Below are positions 59,780 through 64,000 of a DNA stretch of 64,000 nt, piece by piece. Position numbers and translations under genes: made by a program. The DNA is from Deltaproteobacteria bacterium (GTDB lineage Bacteria > Desulfobacterota > GWC2-55-46 > UBA9637): contig JAUYHF010000055.1 of assembly GCA_030690165.1 (NCBI GenBank), forward strand, positions 3,493-67,492. Direction: 5' to 3'. Within the stretch, counting starts at the first letter, position 1. Each line of letters starts with the position of its first letter. A model generated the notes under the pieces. It did not search any database. It saw only the letters and a list, made by a program, of their open reading frames with translations, and was not told the DNA's origin.

Positions 59780-60379
59780 ATGAGAATCGTAATTATAGTA
59801 TTTTTGATTGTCATTTTATCCGCAGAATGTATTTTCTTGCGTCACGCAATTGCCGATATTTACGTCTATACGGACGAAAAAGGCATTACACATTTTTCCA
59901 ACACTCCCACCTCGCCTAAATACCGCTTAAAGATACGGGAGGTTCGTTTTGATTATAAAAGACTGTCTTCCGGCGTGTATGATAAACCTATAAACGATGC
60001 ATGTATAAAGCACGGTATTGACCCTTTGCTTGTAAAGGCCATCATAAAGGCAGAGTCGGATTTCGATCCGCAGACTGTATCAGTAAAAGGGGCCAGGGGA
60101 TTAATGCAGCTTATGCCGGAGACTGCTGATGATATGGGGGTTGCTGATATAGATGATCCGCAAAATAATATTGACGGCGGCGTAAAATATCTTAAACGTC
60201 TTATGGGAATATTCAAATCTGATTTAAAGCTGGTAGTTGCGGCATACAATGCAGGCGAGAATGCGGTTATTAAATATAAGAGCGTCCCGCCATTTAAAGA
60301 AACCAGGCAGTATGTTAAAAAGGTGTTAAAATATTTAAATGATTATGAGCAGACTGGAGTTAAACTTGCAAAAGAGTGA
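59780..60379 (+). CDS. Lytic transglycosylase (SLT domain) with N-terminal DUF4124-like segment
   Basis: IYVYTDEKGITHFSNTP then ESDFDP...GARGLMQLMPETA, AYNAGENAV. Confidence 0.7.
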   Translation: MRIVIIVFLIVILSAECIFLRHAIADIYVYTDEKGITHFSNTPTSPKYRLKIREVRFDYKRLSSGVYDKPINDACIKHGIDPLLVKAIIKAESDFDPQTVSVKGARGLMQLMPETADDMGVADIDDPQNNIDGGVKYLKRLMGIFKSDLKLVVAAYNAGENAVIKYKSVPPFKETRQYVKKVLKYLNDYEQTGVKLAKE

Positions 60380-60938
60380 TGTTTTTAAGTCTGTCCAGAG
60401 ACACGAGGCATGGAATCTCCCGAACGCTGTTTCGATACTGCGAATACTTACTGTCCCTGTTCTTATACTACTTCTCCTGTCGCCTGACAAAGAGATTAGC
60501 ATTATTGCAGCCGTTATATTTGCTGCCGCATCTATGACAGATTGGCTGGATGGCTATCTTGCAAGAAGGATGGCTGTAGAAACCATATTTGGCAAGTTTT
60601 TAGACCCGTTAGCTGATAAGCTGCTTATAGTTACGTGCCTTGTTATGCTTATATCATTAGGCAGGGCTCCGGCATGGATGGTTGCCCTTATAACAGGCAG
60701 AGAGATAGCGGTTACAGGATTAAGGGCTATGGCGTCTGTTGAAGGGGTTGTTATTGCGGCCGGCAGGCTTGGGAAATATAAGACAATATTCCAGATAGCT
60801 TCTGTTGCAGCGCTGATAGTTCATTATAAATTTTTAGGGATAGATTTTCATATTGCGGGAATGGTTCTCCTCTGGATTGCCCTTGTATTTACCATCTGGT
60901 CAGCCGTGGATTACTTTGTCAGATTTTTAAGAAAATAA
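60339..60938 (+). CDS. pgsA: CDP-diacylglycerol--glycerol-3-phosphate 3-phosphatidyltransferase
   Basis: CDP-alcohol phosphatidyltransferase motif DGYLARR...G...D...AD; start codon uncertain. Confidence 0.8.
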   Translation: MIMSRLELNLQKSDVFKSVQRHEAWNLPNAVSILRILTVPVLILLLLSPDKEISIIAAVIFAAASMTDWLDGYLARRMAVETIFGKFLDPLADKLLIVTCLVMLISLGRAPAWMVALITGREIAVTGLRAMASVEGVVIAAGRLGKYKTIFQIASVAALIVHYKFLGIDFHIAGMVLLWIALVFTIWSAVDYFVRFLRK

Positions 60939-60995
60939 CCGTGATATAGCATTGGAGTCTGTTTTATTGTTATTGCAGCAGTCTGTGAGCTAAAA

Positions 60996-61070
60996 TGGAG
61001 CCGGCGAAGGGAATTGAACCCTTGACCTGCTGATTACGAATCAGCTGCTCTGCCCCTGAGCTACGCCGGC
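60996..61070 (-). tRNA. tRNA-Thr (anticodon CGT)
   Basis: Reverse complement GCCGGCGTAGCTCAGGGGCAGAGCAGCTGATTCGTAATCAGCAGGTCAAGGGTTCAATTCCCTTCGCCGGCTCCA. Confidence 0.85.
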
Positions 61071-61180
61071 AGGTAAAAAACGGTCTAAATATGATTCAAA
61101 CTGTGAGGTTTTTATTTAACACTTAACTTTCAACTTGTCAATGGCAACATGGAAATTAGGGATTAGAAATTAAAAAATAT

Positions 61181-62656
61181 ATGACGCAGCCATCAAAATT
61201 CAAGGTTTCTGAAAACCTTAATTCCACAATTCCTCAAATGGATAGGGTTCTCATTGTAGATGACGACCTGATGATCAAGGTGATGCTTGAGGATATACTT
61301 CATGCGCATGGCTATCAGACCTACCATGCCTCAAACGGCCGTGAAGCTGTGAGACTTGTGAAGGAACACACGCCTGAAATAATTCTCATGGATATTGTAA
61401 TGCCTGAAATGGACGGCATAGCGGCATGCAAGGCTATACGCAGTACGACCCTGCCCATCCGCCCCTCCATCATCATGGTCTCCAATAAAAGCGATAAAGA
61501 TGCCATAATTGAGGCGCTTGAAAAAGGGGCCGATGACTTCATAACAAAGCCTGTTGATGATATGGAACTCATTGCCAGAATCCATGCACAGTCCAGGATA
61601 AGGGGATTTTACCGGGAAATCTATGAAGATAAAAAAAATCTGGAAACCATATTTGATGTCACAAAGACTATTTCTTCAATGCTTAAGACTGAGGAGGTGC
61701 TTTATACAATTGTCAAGAGGGTGGCTGATATTACCGGCGCTGTCAGGTGTTCAATAGTGCTTATTTCACAAGAGGATATAGGCTATGTGCTTGCATCGCA
61801 TGAAAGCCCAACAATAAAAGAGATTAAACTTGATTTAAACAAATATCCTGAAATAAGAGAGGCTCTCAAAAGCAAAAGGCCTGTTGTTATTGAAGATATA
61901 TCAAGACATCCGCTCATGGCAGAGGTAAAGGATCTTGTAAAAGATCTTGATAGGATGAATGTGCTTGTCCTGCCCATTATATGGGAAGAAGAGGTTATCG
62001 GCACCCTTTTCTTAAGAACCAGAAGGCTCGGCAAAGGCTTTACAGAAAAGGATATAAATCTCTGCCAGATAATAGCGCAATCAGCATATCATGCAATTAA
62101 AAATGCCAGATTATTTGAAGAGGTCTCAAAAGAAAAAGAGGAGATGAAGACACTGGCCATAACCGACAGTCTGACCGAGGTATACAACCATAATTTCTTT
62201 TATACAAGATTAGAGGAGGAATTCAACAGGACGGTCAGATACGAAACACCAATCTCGCTGATAATGATGGATATAGATGATTTCAAGAGGATAAATGACA
62301 CCTACGGACATAGAACAGGAGACCATGTTTTGAAAGAAGTTGCCGATATGATTAAAAAGCTTGTAAGAAAAACCGATATAGTTGCAAGATATGGCGGAGA
62401 GGAGTTCTCCGTTATACTTCCGCATACAAATCTGGATGGGGCAGAAGAAGAGGCTGAGAGGATAAGAGAAGCCATCTCAAGCCATGCATACGCAAATCTG
62501 ACTAAGGAAACAATAACAATAAGCCTTGGCGTAGTTTCCTATCCAAGCGGGAAAACAATAATGAATGCCGGAGACTTTGTTAATCTTGCCGATACCGCCC
62601 TTTATGAAGCAAAAAGGAGCGGTAAAAATAAGGTCGTGGTATTGGGACGTAAATAA
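61181..62656 (+). CDS. Response-regulator receiver + GAF + GGDEF diguanylate cyclase
   Basis: REC domain (DDD...phospho-Asp in ILMDIVMP), central GAF, C-terminal GGEEF active site (RYGGEEF). Confidence 0.85.
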   Translation: MTQPSKFKVSENLNSTIPQMDRVLIVDDDLMIKVMLEDILHAHGYQTYHASNGREAVRLVKEHTPEIILMDIVMPEMDGIAACKAIRSTTLPIRPSIIMVSNKSDKDAIIEALEKGADDFITKPVDDMELIARIHAQSRIRGFYREIYEDKKNLETIFDVTKTISSMLKTEEVLYTIVKRVADITGAVRCSIVLISQEDIGYVLASHESPTIKEIKLDLNKYPEIREALKSKRPVVIEDISRHPLMAEVKDLVKDLDRMNVLVLPIIWEEEVIGTLFLRTRRLGKGFTEKDINLCQIIAQSAYHAIKNARLFEEVSKEKEEMKTLAITDSLTEVYNHNFFYTRLEEEFNRTVRYETPISLIMMDIDDFKRINDTYGHRTGDHVLKEVADMIKKLVRKTDIVARYGGEEFSVILPHTNLDGAEEEAERIREAISSHAYANLTKETITISLGVVSYPSGKTIMNAGDFVNLADTALYEAKRSGKNKVVVLGRK

Positions 62657-62663
62657 AACAGGC

Positions 62664-63941
62664 TTAATTGCCTTTCCCTGAAACCTTTATAGCGCAAAGA
62701 CTTCCGCACATAGTGCAGACCTCTTTATCAGACGGCGGGCTGGATTCCCTTAAAAGCCTTGCCCTCGCAGGGTCAAGAGAAAGCCTTATCTGCTCATCCC
62801 AATTTAATGCCTTCCTTGCCTTTGCCATCTGAATATCCCTGTCCATTGCGCCCTTTACCCCTTTTACAATATCCGCTGCATGGGCTGCGATCCTTGACGC
62901 AATAACCCCTTCCCTTACATCATCTATTGTTGGAAGCCTCAAATGCTCTGACGGAGTCACGTAGCAGAGAAAATCCGCGCCTGCAGCGCCTGCAATTGCG
63001 CCCCCTATCGCAGATGTGATGTGGTCATAGCCTGGCGCTATATCAGTGACAAGAGGGCCAAGCACATAAAAAGGCGCGCCATGGCAGAGTCTTTTCTGCA
63101 AGAGGATATTTGCCTCTATCTGATTTAGAGGCATATGACCAGGGCCCTCTATCATAACCTGCACCCCTTCAGATACAGCTTTTTGAGCCAGCTCCCCAAG
63201 GGTTACAAGCTCTTCAATCTGCCCCCTGTCAGTTGCATCGGCAAGACATCCTGGCCTGAGTCCGTCGCCGAGGCTTAAAACCATGTCATATTCCTTTGCA
63301 ATTCTTAAAAGCCTGTCATAATTTTCAAACAAAGGGTTTTCTTTTTTATTGAAGTTTATCCACTCTGCTGTCAGCGCGCCGCCGCGGCTGACAATGCCCA
63401 TTATCCTCCCCTCATTCTTAATCCTCTCAAGAGTCTGCATGGTCACACCGCAGTGAACGGTGATAAAATCAACGCCATCCTCTGCGTGCCTTTCAATAAT
63501 CTCAAAAATATCATCTGCCTCCAATTCCACAAAAGATTTGCCTTTCTTTGCGGCCTCCAAAGCTGCCTGATATATCGGCACAGTGCCGATTGGCGCAGGA
63601 GACTCCCTTATAACAGCCCTTCTTATTTCATCTATCTCTCCGCCTGTTGAAAGATCCATAACAGCATCCGCCCCTGCCTCTACGGCTGCGTGGAGTTTTT
63701 TAAGCTCTTCTTCAAGGCTTGCCCTGTCCTGAGATGTTCCGATATTGGCGTTTATCTTTGTCCTGAGCCCCTTGCCTATCGCAAGCGGTTCAATGGATTT
63801 GTGCTTTTTGTTTTTAGTTATGATTACAGTCCCATCCATAATGGATGAGCGGATATATCCAGTTTCCACTCCTTCTTTGAGCGCTGCCTGTTTCATTTCG
63901 TTTGTTATTATACCCTTCCGGGCCTGTTCTAATTGTGTCAT
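62664..63941 (-). CDS. thiC: Phosphomethylpyrimidine synthase
   Basis: 425 aa; radical-SAM ThiC with C-terminal CxxCxxxxC cluster motif (CTMCGSLCAIK). Confidence 0.9.
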   Translation of the reverse strand: MTQLEQARKGIITNEMKQAALKEGVETGYIRSSIMDGTVIITKNKKHKSIEPLAIGKGLRTKINANIGTSQDRASLEEELKKLHAAVEAGADAVMDLSTGGEIDEIRRAVIRESPAPIGTVPIYQAALEAAKKGKSFVELEADDIFEIIERHAEDGVDFITVHCGVTMQTLERIKNEGRIMGIVSRGGALTAEWINFNKKENPLFENYDRLLRIAKEYDMVLSLGDGLRPGCLADATDRGQIEELVTLGELAQKAVSEGVQVMIEGPGHMPLNQIEANILLQKRLCHGAPFYVLGPLVTDIAPGYDHITSAIGGAIAGAAGADFLCYVTPSEHLRLPTIDDVREGVIASRIAAHAADIVKGVKGAMDRDIQMAKARKALNWDEQIRLSLDPARARLLRESSPPSDKEVCTMCGSLCAIKVSGKGN

Positions 63942-64000
63942 ATTATCTCCCTCAATATTTCCTTCACTGCCTTCTCCGGTTCTTTTGTTCCTATCACCGC

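Overview
This is a 64-kb bacterial chromosomal window, mostly housekeeping genes, and the part most worth a second look is the guaB–guaA intergenic region. About 1.4 kb has been inserted between these normally adjacent genes. It holds a two-gene cassette (a 68-aa protein plus a 183-aa minimal Pol-beta-type nucleotidyltransferase) flanked by 63-bp direct repeats that duplicate the guaB 3' end. Directly after the second repeat comes a decayed type V-A CRISPR-Cas locus: a 142-aa N-terminal fragment of Cas12a/Cpf1 whose ORF terminates inside the first CRISPR repeat, then a mini-array of two spacers with canonical Cas12a-type 36-nt repeats (GTCTAAAGCACCAATAAAATTTCTACTATTGTAGAT). No adaptation genes and no intact effector are present in the window.

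Other features that stand out:
- A dispersed octanucleotide-tandem hairpin element (CTYTGAYA units) occurs twice immediately 3' of stop codons and once inserted in frame into pyrC.
- Two in-frame heptanucleotide microsatellites sit in guaA and ybeY.
- Two, possibly three, GC-rich islands look horizontally acquired: an uup-type ABC-F ATPase, a bacteriohemerythrin wedged between efflux-pump genes, and less clearly a Phd/VapC toxin-antitoxin pair.
- OtsA carries an N-terminal 2TM-sensor-HAMP extension.
- A 928-aa protein of unknown function lies next to the GH57 branching enzyme.
- prfB has the classic programmed +1 frameshift.

Housekeeping content: chorismate-utilising enzyme, era, der, yihY, gamma-carbonic anhydrase, ppx/gppA, guaB/guaA, LOG, pncA/NAPRTase, CapA, Phd/VapC TA, cupredoxin, MacA/ABC efflux, purB, ZIP, a complete archaeal-type A/V-ATPase operon (H-I-K-E-C-F-A-B-D), yacG, prfB, lnt, dgkA-PAP2 fusion, ybeY, pgpH, phoH, GH57 branching enzyme, purQ/purS, pyrC/pyrB/pyrR, otsA/otsB, coaX, trxB, pgsA, a REC-GAF-GGDEF regulator, thiC, and tRNA-Gly(CCC), tRNA-fMet and tRNA-Thr(CGT). 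Overall composition is low GC, and the gene set (V-type ATPase, GH57, archaeal-type NAPRTase) suggests a Nitrospirota-like thermophile, but that is only an inference.
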